NCBI GenBank assembly: GCA_965227775.1
Contig: OZ245777.1
Span: forward strand, 3,072,001 to 3,136,000
Direction: 5' to 3'
DNA: 64,000 nucleotides
Source: Phycisphaerales bacterium
GTDB lineage: Bacteria; Planctomycetota; Phycisphaerae; Phycisphaerales; UBA1924
Of the stretch, positions 31,046 through 40,350 are shown piece by piece. The translations under genes were made by a program, and so were the position numbers. Under the pieces are notes generated by a model. That model was not told the origin of the DNA, did no database searches, and saw only the letters and a program-made list of their open reading frames with translations. Numbering within the stretch: position 1 is the stretch's first letter; each line of letters begins with the position of its first letter.

Positions 31046-31645
31046 ATGGGGCAAACAACGAAGTCGATAGCGGCAGTGGTTGGCTTAGCCGTAGGCTTGA
31101 CGGTGCTGGCAATGGGGCCAGCCGCCGAGCAACAGGGGCGAGCCATGGTCAATGACGAAGATCAGTCTAAATTCGTGATCGATGGCGCGCGGCACGCAAC
31201 GGACCAGACCATCCGCCAGATCGTGCAGGCACGGACTGTACCGGCAACGCCCGCGCAGTGCTGGCAGCGCTGGACGACCGGCGAGGGCGTAGGCACGTTC
31301 CTGAGCGAGGACAACGCGATCGACCTGCGTGTCGGCGGCGTGTTCGAGGTGCTCTTCGCGATGCAGTTGCCCGAAGGCCAGCGTGGCTCTGAAGATTGCA
31401 AGATCCTCAGCTTCGTACCCGAGCGCATGCTCAGCTTCGAATGGAACGCACCGCCCATGTTCCCAGAAGTTCGTGAGGAACGCAGCCGTGTGGTGGTCTT
31501 CTTCGAGCCTGTCGACGGTGGCACCCGCGTCGAATTGGTCCACCTTGGCTTTGGCCAGGGCGAGCAGTGGGACCAGGTCTACGAGTACTTCTCCAAGGCG
31601 TGGATGCGCGTCATGGATCGCTTCGCGGGCATCTCAGAGGCGTAA
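31046..31645 (+). CDS. Exported SRPBCC/AHSA1 domain protein
   Basis: Signal peptide; WTTGEG, IDLRVGG, LSFEWNAPP, TRVELVH. Confidence 0.8.
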   Translation: MGQTTKSIAAVVGLAVGLTVLAMGPAAEQQGRAMVNDEDQSKFVIDGARHATDQTIRQIVQARTVPATPAQCWQRWTTGEGVGTFLSEDNAIDLRVGGVFEVLFAMQLPEGQRGSEDCKILSFVPERMLSFEWNAPPMFPEVREERSRVVVFFEPVDGGTRVELVHLGFGQGEQWDQVYEYFSKAWMRVMDRFAGISEA

Positions 31646-31648
31646 ACC

Positions 31649-32941
31649 TCAGGCGGCACACATGCTGCGGGCGGCGGGCTTGAGCGCGATCGCAACCGCG
31701 GTCAGGTCGTCCTGCTGGTGCAGCGAGCCCGCCTGGCAGTCAACGCGCTCGGCGAGCCTGCGGATGGCGCCATCGGTATCGGCATCATCTCTCGAACCAA
31801 CCCACGGGAGATTTGCAAACTCTGTGAGGTAGGCCTGCACGTCGAGCTTGCCGGCGGCCGACCCCTTGCTCGCTTCGTCCGCGTCGGGGAAGGCAGTCTC
31901 AAATCCATCGCTGTACAACAACAGCGTTTCCCCGGCCCGCAGCTTGAACGTCAGCTGTTCGTAGGGCTCGCCCTCGAATACGCCGAGCAGGGCGCCACCC
32001 GAGTCGTACGAGCGCCCCTCGTCGCCGCCGAGCACGAGCGCCGGCGGATGACCGGCGGTGCACAGCGTGACCTCGTGCGTGCGAAGGTTGAATGTGCCGC
32101 AGACTGCCGTTGCGAATCGCGATCGGCCGCGTTGCGTGCGCACGAGATCCGCGTTCAGGGCGGTCATCGCCTCGGCCGGAGATCGTGTCGCCGCACCGCT
32201 ACGCAGGCTCCTGGAGATGACCATCGTCAACAGCGCCGCTGGCACGCCGTGGCCGACCGCATCGGCCACAAAGAACCACAGCCGATCCTCATCGATCCGG
32301 GTAACGTCGTAGATGTCGCCACTTACGTAGGTAGCCGGGCGATACATCACGCCGCACTCGAGTCCCTCGGCCTCAGGCAGCTCGACGGGCAACAACTCTT
32401 GCTGGATCGCTGCGGCGAGGTTGAGCTCCTCGTGCATGCGGTCCATCTCCTGCCGCACGCCGCCCTGTGCACCGCTCAGGATGCGCAGCTCACGCTGCAT
32501 CTCCACGATCGAGTCCTGCCGCCCGAACAAGCCGCGCAGGGCCGTTGCGATCGTTTGCGGCGGCAGATCGCTGTCGGCACCCAGCAGTCCGCCCCGGCTG
32601 ATCTGGTCGCGCATGTCATCGGGGATGCTTGGCATAAGCACGAAGCCGAATGCCGACACGTCGTGCAGCAGGTGGGCAAAGGCAACGATCGTCGGCTTGG
32701 GCGTGTCCTCGTCGAGCAGCACCAGCACGGCTGGCGCATCGCTGAGGCCCGACTCGCTCTGGGCGATGATCGCGTCGGCAAGATCACCCACGTCCACGAA
32801 TTCGGCATCTGGGGCGTTGCTGCCCCACGCCGACCGCACCGACGCCCACAACGCCTGCGACTCTGGGCCCGAGGGGTCGGAACTCGCCACGATGATGGCC
32901 GGTGGAGCCAATGCGCACCCTCCCGAGGCGCACCGATGCAC
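31649..32941 (-). CDS. PP2C/SpoIIE-family phosphatase with degenerate receiver-like N-terminus (start uncertain)
   Basis: SGDIYD, ADAVGHG, AGHPP, YSDG, DDLT. Confidence 0.82.
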   Translation of the reverse strand: MHRCASGGCALAPPAIIVASSDPSGPESQALWASVRSAWGSNAPDAEFVDVGDLADAIIAQSESGLSDAPAVLVLLDEDTPKPTIVAFAHLLHDVSAFGFVLMPSIPDDMRDQISRGGLLGADSDLPPQTIATALRGLFGRQDSIVEMQRELRILSGAQGGVRQEMDRMHEELNLAAAIQQELLPVELPEAEGLECGVMYRPATYVSGDIYDVTRIDEDRLWFFVADAVGHGVPAALLTMVISRSLRSGAATRSPAEAMTALNADLVRTQRGRSRFATAVCGTFNLRTHEVTLCTAGHPPALVLGGDEGRSYDSGGALLGVFEGEPYEQLTFKLRAGETLLLYSDGFETAFPDADEASKGSAAGKLDVQAYLTEFANLPWVGSRDDADTDGAIRRLAERVDCQAGSLHQQDDLTAVAIALKPAARSMCAA

Positions 32942-32969
32942 CGGTCGCGCCTCCGAGAGCCCTATCGGC

Positions 32970-33473
32970 TCAGCGAGCGACCCGCTGAAGGCGGGCGAAG
33001 TCCAGTTCGACCTTATCGCCCCGTTCGAGCCCGAGTTCTCGGAGCTTGCCCGCCTGGAACTCGAGCGCGAATTGGGCCGCGGCATTGCTTGAGTACCGAG
33101 ACAGCCGCTGTTCGTACGCCTGGCGGCTCTCGCCCTGGAGCTGGGGCTCGACGGGCATCTCGTGCGTCGCCACGACTGTGCCGAATTGATCGAGGAAGGC
33201 GATGTCGATCGGCACCAGGCAATCGCGCATCACGAACTCGAGCTTGCGCGGCCTGGGAAAGACGAAGATCATGCCGCCGTCCGGCTCGATCATCTCCCGC
33301 CCGCCGAGGCCCTTGAGGCGGGTCGCGTCGTCCGCGGCGATCTCGAGGAAGAATGTCTGCCCGTTGATCTCGATGGTCTCGACGTCGTTCGAGACGGCCT
33401 CTGTGGGCACACATGCCCCGATGAGCATTGTCGCCATCGCGAGAAGCAAGATCAGGATCGTCCGAGAAGCCAT
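32970..33473 (-). CDS. DUF192 domain lipoprotein
   Basis: LIGAC lipobox; LEIA..RLKGL, GMIFVF, PIDIAFLD, ALE. Confidence 0.85.
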   Translation of the reverse strand: MASRTILILLLAMATMLIGACVPTEAVSNDVETIEINGQTFFLEIAADDATRLKGLGGREMIEPDGGMIFVFPRPRKLEFVMRDCLVPIDIAFLDQFGTVVATHEMPVEPQLQGESRQAYEQRLSRYSSNAAAQFALEFQAGKLRELGLERGDKVELDFARLQRVAR

Positions 33474-34414
33474 GCGTCGTCCTCCGGCGTGAAGCGGGCG
33501 GACCCGCGGGGCATGGTATCGAGGTCGAACCGCCCGGTGAATTCGGCGAGGTCGATCGCCTCACGCGGCTGGCCGGGCACGCTCCAGTACGCCAGCAACC
33601 CCAGGATGCGCTCGACGGGCACGCCCTCCGCCCGGTAGCTCGCCAGGCGGCTATCACCGTGCCGCTTCGCCAGCCGGCGGCCGTCGGGCCCGAGTACGAG
33701 CGGCAGGTGGGCGTAGCGAGGCCTCGGTGCGAGATCCAGGGCGTCGTAGAGCAGCGTCTGGCGCCCCGCCGAGTCCAGCAAGTCGTCGCCACGCACAACT
33801 CGAGTCACGCTCTGGCGAGCGTCGTCAACCACCACGGCCAGTTGATACGCGGGCATGCCTCGCTTGGTCCACACGACGAAGTCCCCCGCCTCCACAGCGG
33901 GATTCGTCGTCGTGGCGCCGAGGAACGCGTCATTGATCTCGATGGCACCTTCGGGTGTTGCAAACCGCCAATTGGTCTCGCGATCGGTAAACCCGGCCGG
34001 AGCCAGCGGGCGTGGGCGAGCGATCGAGGCTGGGGCGCCGTCACCCGCATGCGGGGCGGAGGCGGCCTCGGCGATCTCGCTCCTCGTGAGATCGCAGGGA
34101 TACGCCAGCGCAGAGCTTGCGAGCGTTCTCATCGCACCGACGTGGGGCTCCAGGTCGTGGCTCTGGATGATCGGCCCCTGATCCCAGTCGAGCCCGAGCC
34201 ACGCCATGGTCTCCAGCGTCTGCTCGACGGAGCCCGGCTTCACGCGCGGGCCGTCGAGGTCCTCGATGCGCATGACGATGCCCCACCCTTGCTGACGCGC
34301 CAGGATCCAGTTGACCACGAACGTGCGCGCGTTGCCCAGGTGCAAGGCTCCCGTGGGAGACGGGGCAAGCCGGGTCTTCTCCGAAGGCTGGCTAGACGGC
34401 TGGGGGGGCGTCAC
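33452..34414 (-). CDS. gluQ: Glutamyl-Q tRNA(Asp) synthetase
   Basis: RLAPSPTGALHLGN, RIEDLD, YQLAVVVDD, VVRGDDL, RLAKRHG; no anticodon-binding domain. Confidence 0.9.
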   Translation of the reverse strand: MTPPQPSSQPSEKTRLAPSPTGALHLGNARTFVVNWILARQQGWGIVMRIEDLDGPRVKPGSVEQTLETMAWLGLDWDQGPIIQSHDLEPHVGAMRTLASSALAYPCDLTRSEIAEAASAPHAGDGAPASIARPRPLAPAGFTDRETNWRFATPEGAIEINDAFLGATTTNPAVEAGDFVVWTKRGMPAYQLAVVVDDARQSVTRVVRGDDLLDSAGRQTLLYDALDLAPRPRYAHLPLVLGPDGRRLAKRHGDSRLASYRAEGVPVERILGLLAYWSVPGQPREAIDLAEFTGRFDLDTMPRGSARFTPEDDAWLLGRS

Positions 34415-34545
34415 GGGAGCATTTGTAGGGAAGGCGTTGGGGCCGGGTTGGTTAGGCCGGGTCGGGCGCTACCGTTGAGGCCCCGGCGGGCGGCCCGTGG
34501 AGGAGTCGCGGGTCCCCGAAGTCCGGCTGGATGGAGTGTGGCACG

Positions 34546-34845
34546 ATGGAGAAGCTCTCCGAAGCCGAGGTGAAGGACCGCCTGGCGAATCACCCCGAGT
34601 GGACCGAGGTGGGCGGCGAGATCCAGCGGACCTACGAGTTCGCCGATTTCAAGGCCTCGATCCGGTTCGTCAACGAGGTGGCCGAAGAGGCCGAGCGTGT
34701 GCAGCACCATCCCGACGTGCTGATCCGCTACTCGAGAGTCACGCTGACCGTCTCTACCCACGACGCAGGCGGGATCACGGTGAAGGACTTCGATCTGGCG
34801 GGCTTTGCCGACCAGGCCGCCGACGGCATCGTCGCCGCCGCCTAG
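34546..34845 (+). CDS. Pterin-4-alpha-carbinolamine dehydratase
   Basis: QHHPD, STHDAGGITVKD. Confidence 0.92.
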   Translation: MEKLSEAEVKDRLANHPEWTEVGGEIQRTYEFADFKASIRFVNEVAEEAERVQHHPDVLIRYSRVTLTVSTHDAGGITVKDFDLAGFADQAADGIVAAA

Positions 34846-34882
34846 GCAGTCAGGCGACCAAACCCAAACACAGAGTCCATCG

Positions 34883-35281
34883 CTAGTGCGGCACTTCCTT
34901 GACCGCGTTGCGGTTCCAGGCCGGCACGCGGACCACGATGGGGCCGTTGCCCTCAACCTCGCACTGGCAGCTCAGTCGGCTGTTCATCTGGAGCCCAGGC
35001 GCCTCTTCCACGCGGTCTTCCTCGGCCTCGGTCGCTTCGGCGACGTCGTCCATGCCCTGCTCTACATAGACGTGGCAGGTCGAGCAGGCGCACACCCCGC
35101 CGCATGCGTGCTCGATGTTGATGCCGTTATCGACGGCGATTTCGAGCAGGTGCTCGCCCTTGGCGGCGAGCACGTCCCACTCTGTGCGATCAGAGCCAGT
35201 AAGCGACTCGGGGTCTTCCAGGATGAACTTGACGGGAACCTCCTTGGGCCCGTGGTCGTGATCGCTATGGCGTAGGTGCAT
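34883..35281 (-). CDS. fdx: ISC-type 2Fe-2S ferredoxin
   Basis: IEHACGGVCACSTCHV, SRLSCQ. Confidence 0.9.
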   Translation of the reverse strand: MHLRHSDHDHGPKEVPVKFILEDPESLTGSDRTEWDVLAAKGEHLLEIAVDNGINIEHACGGVCACSTCHVYVEQGMDDVAEATEAEEDRVEEAPGLQMNSRLSCQCEVEGNGPIVVRVPAWNRNAVKEVPH

Positions 35282-35357
35282 ACCGCAGGTTAGGCGTGCT
35301 GATTGAGCCCTGGACTCAATCCAAAGTCGGCGATGCGGGTTGCCCGCATGCCCCGCA

Positions 35358-36473
35358 TCAGTTGCCCGAGAGCGCTCCGAACCGTGCTGTTTCGGTCTCG
35401 GATGGCACCGCGCCCCGGCGCGCCATGGCGGCCTTGGCGACTTCCAGGAACTTCTCCGCTCGGTAGCCCTTCTCGCCCGCGTCGGTCACCCAACGCATGG
35501 GGCTGACACGCCCGGAGATGGGCTTGCTGGCAGCCCACATGGTGCCAGTTCCGACGACCGCGCCCGTCATGATGCGTGTGCAGATGGCGGTTTTGACGTG
35601 GTCGCCCAGCACGCAGCCCATAAACGTCTCGCCCGTTCGCTGTCGATCAATGACGACCGGGCCGTACGTGTTCAGCAGGTTGCTGTTGGTCGTGCCCGCG
35701 CCCAGGTTGCACCAGGAGCCCACATAGGAATCGCCCAGAAAGCCCTCGTGGGACTTGTTGGCATACCCCTGGAAGATCACGCCCGTGATCTCGCCGCCGA
35801 CCTTGCACACCGGGCCAATCGCGGTATTGGGCCGGATGGTCGCGTGCTCGATGACGGTCGACCCCGGACCGACGTAGGCAGGCCCGATGATCACGGCATG
35901 ATGGCCGACGCGGGCGTTCTCGTCGATCACGATCGCGCCGTCGCTGGCGTCGAGCACGGCACTCTCGGCGACCTTCGCGCCCTCGCGCACGACAACGCCC
36001 TTGGCGGGCGCCATCGATTCCAAGTCGTGGGCGATGCACGCGTCCCGATGCGTCCGCACGTGCCAGCAGCGCTCAAGCAAGCCGGCATCGCGCTCCTTGG
36101 TGTCATATGACCCCGGATCGAGCGCCTCAGCACCAGCGTCGGCGATGCGCGCGGCAAGCAGCGTGTCGCCCTGCACGAAGGCATGCCCGGTCTCGAGCGC
36201 GGCGATCGCCTCGAGCTCGCGCGCCGCCAGCGGCCAGCGGCCGTTCACGATGACCGCCTCCTCGGCTGCCGGCCCGTTCACTTTCAGCCGGGGGTGCGCT
36301 TCGCGGACGAGATCGGCCTGCACCTCGGGCACGATGAGCCCGCTCGGCTGCATGCCCGCGTTGGCCCACCGCTCCAGCGCGGTCCATGCGCCCGTGCGCA
36401 CGTCGAAGGACGCACGCAGGTCGGTCAATGGGGCGAGCTCGCCTTGCCCGTCGTCGAAGAGGATGAGCTTCAC
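35358..36473 (-). CDS. Putative sugar nucleotidyltransferase / GlmU-like hexapeptide-repeat protein
   Basis: LAPLTDLRASFDVRTG; hexapeptide repeats; NKSHEGFLGDSYVGSWCNLGAGT. Confidence 0.82.
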   Translation of the reverse strand: MKLILFDDGQGELAPLTDLRASFDVRTGAWTALERWANAGMQPSGLIVPEVQADLVREAHPRLKVNGPAAEEAVIVNGRWPLAARELEAIAALETGHAFVQGDTLLAARIADAGAEALDPGSYDTKERDAGLLERCWHVRTHRDACIAHDLESMAPAKGVVVREGAKVAESAVLDASDGAIVIDENARVGHHAVIIGPAYVGPGSTVIEHATIRPNTAIGPVCKVGGEITGVIFQGYANKSHEGFLGDSYVGSWCNLGAGTTNSNLLNTYGPVVIDRQRTGETFMGCVLGDHVKTAICTRIMTGAVVGTGTMWAASKPISGRVSPMRWVTDAGEKGYRAEKFLEVAKAAMARRGAVPSETETARFGALSGN

Positions 36474-36513
36474 GCCGTTGCTCCCAGAGAGAGTCGTAGG
36501 ACTGGATAAAAGG

Positions 36514-37074
36514 CTATGACCGGCGCTGCCAGGGCCTCGGGCCGTTGCCCGCAAATCCCAACAGTGGTGCAATCGCGATGAGAAGCAGGCCCAGCGGCAG
36601 GGCGAGCAGGGCTGTGTACCCGGCAGAACCAAGGCGGACCAGCAACTCGCTGCCGGGCTGGAAGGCCAGCGGTGCGCCGGTGATCTTCTGGATCGTCAGC
36701 AGGGCAACGACGACGATCTGCGTGGCGATGACGCCGAACAGCGTGAGGACCGAGAGCGTCGCCAGGTGATGACGCACGAGCTTGCCGCGAAGCGTCAGGA
36801 TGACCTGGGCCATGAGCACGGCACCGAGCGCGTACGGCCCGATGAGCGGCTGCGCGGCACCCGCGAGCATCGGCCAGCCTCCCGTGAGGTCGAGCGTGAG
36901 CCCGAGCACCAGACAGGCCCACACCGCGTGCATCGGCGGCGCGCTGAGCGCGACGTACGCCCCGAGCGCGAGCAGGAAGCTGGGCTGCACCGGTCCGATC
37001 GCCAGCGCGTCTCGCAGTCCTCGCTCGAGGCCGAGCAGCAGATACGCCAGGATGGCGAACACCGGCCAATTCAC
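36514..37074 (-). CDS. mreD: Rod shape-determining protein MreD-like membrane protein
   Basis: About 5 TM segments, LGLTLDL; ATGA-type overlap directly after mreC. Confidence 0.65.
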   Translation of the reverse strand: MNWPVFAILAYLLLGLERGLRDALAIGPVQPSFLLALGAYVALSAPPMHAVWACLVLGLTLDLTGGWPMLAGAAQPLIGPYALGAVLMAQVILTLRGKLVRHHLATLSVLTLFGVIATQIVVVALLTIQKITGAPLAFQPGSELLVRLGSAGYTALLALPLGLLLIAIAPLLGFAGNGPRPWQRRS

Positions 37075-37985
37075 GGCGTGCCTCCTTCCTCGGATTCTGA
37101 CGCGTCGCCGGTGTCAGGATCGATCGGCACGCGCAGCACGACCTCGCTGACACGCTCGAGCGGCACGGTCGGCGCAACGGTGATGATGGTGCGCGTCGGC
37201 TCATCGGGCGCCGGAGCGACCTCGACGACCTCACCGACGATGAGCATCTGAGCGCTGCGCGGCCACGTCTCGTCGCGCAATCGCACGGTCATGCCCACGG
37301 CGATCTCGACAGGTGCGCGCCGCGTTTCGTCGAACACCCAGGTCGCCGGACCCTCGAGGCGTCCCCCACCGGCGGGCTCAAGGCGGCACTGGATGCCGCT
37401 GTCGAGGTCCTCGCCCGTCATCACGAGCGCCATGAGCCCGCCGGCCGCGTCGTCGGTGATCGGGCGGACGACGCACCATGCTCCTGTGACGCGTTCCACC
37501 CGGCCCAGGAGCTGCAGGCCCTCGACAACGGCGACCGAATTCTCTACCACGCCGCGGCCCGTGCCTGCGCGCACTTGCAGGGCGCTGCTCGACGCCTCGC
37601 TGAACCGACCGATGACGGGGGCGGCCACCTGCTGCACACCGAGCTCGGGCGTTAACTCGGCACCCCTCTGCAACTCGAACACGAGCCGCTCAAGCTCTCG
37701 TACCTTGAGTTCCAGGTCGAGCGAGCGCTGGCGGGCGACCTCGAGCTCCTGGCGGTACTGTTCGGCCAGGGCGGGGTCGGCGGATCGACGGAACGGCCGA
37801 GTGAGTGGGTCTGCCACCCAGCGAACGGCGTTGCTGACCGGAGCCGAAACGGTGATCGCGACGTCTGCGAAGCCCGTCGTCCAACGCGTGAAACGCATCG
37901 GGACGATCGCAAGCAGGAACAACAGTACGAGGCTGACTCGCAGCAGCGTCCGGGCACTGGGTCGTTTGGAGAGTGGTCCGGCCAT
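37071..37985 (-). CDS. mreC: Rod shape-determining protein MreC
   Basis: TM anchor, coiled coil, AGTGRGV, LLGRV, IVGEV; follows mreB. Confidence 0.8.
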   Translation of the reverse strand: MAGPLSKRPSARTLLRVSLVLLFLLAIVPMRFTRWTTGFADVAITVSAPVSNAVRWVADPLTRPFRRSADPALAEQYRQELEVARQRSLDLELKVRELERLVFELQRGAELTPELGVQQVAAPVIGRFSEASSSALQVRAGTGRGVVENSVAVVEGLQLLGRVERVTGAWCVVRPITDDAAGGLMALVMTGEDLDSGIQCRLEPAGGGRLEGPATWVFDETRRAPVEIAVGMTVRLRDETWPRSAQMLIVGEVVEVAPAPDEPTRTIITVAPTVPLERVSEVVLRVPIDPDTGDASESEEGGTP

Positions 37986-38019
37986 AGCGCCCCGGGGAGT
38001 CGGGCAGGCGGTGGCCCGC

Positions 38020-39081
38020 TTACACGTCGATGTCGTTCTCGAGGGTGGCTTTCCACTCCTCGATGTGCTCGAGGTAGATCGCCGTGCCTCGCGCGACGCA
38101 CGTCAGCGGGTCGTCGGCCAGCTTGCACTCAAGGCCGGTTGCCTTGCGGAGCACCTCGGGCAGACCGCGCAACAACGCGCCGCCGCCCGCCAGCATGATG
38201 CCGTTCTCGACGAGGTCGGCAGCCAGCTCGGGCTCTACCTTCTCCAGCGTCCGCGTCACGGTCTCGATGATCTGGCTGATGGGCTCACTGAGCGCCTCGC
38301 GGATCTCTTCGCTGGTGATGGTCGCCTTGCGCGGCAGGCCGCTGATCATGTCTCGACCACGCACCTCGATTGTGCTCTCGTCGCTGGCCTTGCCGGCCGA
38401 GCCGAGTTCGATCTTGATACGCTCGGCGGTCTGCTCACCGATCATGAGGTTGTACGTGCGGCGCATGTGGTTCATGATCGCCTCGTCCATGTCGTCGCCG
38501 GCGACGCGGACGCTCTCGCACACGGCGATGTCGGCCAGCGACATGACGGCGACCTCGGTCGTGCCGCCGCCGATGTCGACGATCATGGAAGCCGTCGGCT
38601 CGGCCACGGGCAGGCCCGCTCCGATGGCCGCGGCCACGGGTTCTTCAAGCAGATACGTGCGTCGGGCGCCCGCGTGCTCGGCACTGTCAAACACGGCGCG
38701 TTTCTCGACCGCCGTGATTCCGCTGGGCACGCTGATGACCACGCGCGGGCCGATAAAGCCCCAATTGCGGGTGAGCTGGTTCACCTTGCGGATGAAGTAG
38801 CCCAGCATGGCCTCGGTGATCTGGAAGTCGCTGATCACGCCGTCCTTGAGCGGGCGCACGGCGGCGATCGAGCCGGGCGTCTTGCCCAGCATCTCCTTGG
38901 CCATCCAGCCGACGGCCTGCCCGTTCTTCAGGACTTCGTTGGTGCCCTTGCGCACGGCAACCACGCTGGGCTCGTTGAGCACGATGCCCTGACCTCTGAC
39001 GGCGACAAGCGTGTTGCAAGTGCCCAGGTCGATACCCATATCGACACTGAACAAGCTCGTGATACGGTCTAGGTACCGCAC
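38020..39081 (-). CDS. mreB: Rod shape-determining protein MreB
   Basis: MGIDLGT, NEPSVVA, RPLKDGVI, VDIGGGTTE, LAGGGALL; GTG start with AGGAGG RBS. Confidence 0.96.
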   Translation of the reverse strand: MRYLDRITSLFSVDMGIDLGTCNTLVAVRGQGIVLNEPSVVAVRKGTNEVLKNGQAVGWMAKEMLGKTPGSIAAVRPLKDGVISDFQITEAMLGYFIRKVNQLTRNWGFIGPRVVISVPSGITAVEKRAVFDSAEHAGARRTYLLEEPVAAAIGAGLPVAEPTASMIVDIGGGTTEVAVMSLADIAVCESVRVAGDDMDEAIMNHMRRTYNLMIGEQTAERIKIELGSAGKASDESTIEVRGRDMISGLPRKATITSEEIREALSEPISQIIETVTRTLEKVEPELAADLVENGIMLAGGGALLRGLPEVLRKATGLECKLADDPLTCVARGTAIYLEHIEEWKATLENDIDV

Positions 39082-39461
39082 TGCCGCGTCGCCCTCCTGG
39101 CCAGCCGCCGCGGCGTCATTGCGACGGATACTCCGCATGGGGCGATCCATCGGCCCCGGCGGACGGCAGGCGTGAGATTATAGGAATCGGTCAGCATACA
39201 CAAGGGCCGCACGGACGCGTTTGGCCGGCAGAATCTACCGATACGAAGACAAAACCATACGTAAACCTTACAAATAGGCTTCGCGCGATTTTCACGCGAC
39301 GAGCTGGATTCGATAACCGGCACAACCGATACAACGGTCATGGCGGGACTGTGGGGCCCGGCCGAGCATAGCGAACGAGGCAACGGAAGCCGCCGGGCGA
39401 CCCAGGGCATGACGCCTTCGGTGGCCCGTTGCCACGCGCTGACTGCGTTGAGCGCTCCGGC

Positions 39462-40271
39462 TCAACCTTCCCCGATGGCGAACGTGAGCGAAGCCCAGAA
39501 GCTCTTCCAACCCGCATCGTCGCGGTCGTCGGTGCGGTACATGTGAAGGCAGGTGAGCATCCACGGCCCGGCGCGATCGAGATCGATCTCCGCATAGCCC
39601 TCGCCATCTGTCCGGACGAGCTGTGCCGAAGACGTGCCGTCGGAGGCGGCCTGTTGCGAGACGGCAACCACCCTCGCGCCCGCCTTCGGCGAACCCAAGT
39701 ACAGCACGCGAACACGAACGCGCTGCCCCGCCGTTGCCGACTCGAGCGGATCGAGCACGATCTCCAGCGGCAAGCCGACGACGCGGTCTTCGAGGCCAGG
39801 GTCCTCACCACCCACGCGCACGAGCGCCTTGGAGCACCGGGCGTACATCTCGATTCCGGGCTGATCTGTCTCACCCAGCGACTCACGTTGCTCGGCGATG
39901 TGGTCGAGCCCTTGCTCCTCGAGGTAGGCCGCGAACCGCTCTGGCCCGAGTTCGCTGAGCACTTCCTCGCTCTCGTACGCAACAACGCTGGTGCCAATCG
40001 AACGAATCCGGGCGATGTTGGTCGGCTGCCCGTGGCGGCCCATGACATCTTGCGAGCCTTCCGCGTCGACGATCTCGAAGCGCTTTACGTAGGGCTCGTT
40101 GCGCGGTACGAACTCACCCTCGAAGTGGTGTCCATGCATCAGGAAGAACTTGCCAAGATCGCCCGGGCTCGCCTCGAACGTGCTCGGCCTGATCCAGAAC
40201 TCGTGGGCGCTGGCGAGGCTGGCACAGCCGAGGACGGCGAGCAATACTGCGATCACGTTGCATCGAGGCAT
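39462..40271 (-). CDS. DUF4198 domain periplasmic protein (metal-uptake associated)
   Basis: Signal peptide followed by AHEFWIRP; YARCSKALV, GLPLEIV, WASLTF. Confidence 0.8.
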   Translation of the reverse strand: MPRCNVIAVLLAVLGCASLASAHEFWIRPSTFEASPGDLGKFFLMHGHHFEGEFVPRNEPYVKRFEIVDAEGSQDVMGRHGQPTNIARIRSIGTSVVAYESEEVLSELGPERFAAYLEEQGLDHIAEQRESLGETDQPGIEMYARCSKALVRVGGEDPGLEDRVVGLPLEIVLDPLESATAGQRVRVRVLYLGSPKAGARVVAVSQQAASDGTSSAQLVRTDGEGYAEIDLDRAGPWMLTCLHMYRTDDRDDAGWKSFWASLTFAIGEG

Positions 40272-40350
40272 GGTGGTACTCCAGTCATTGAGCGATACAA
40301 ACACCGCACAGCGCGTCAGCGCGTTGCGGCGTGGAACGATCTCATTGCCG

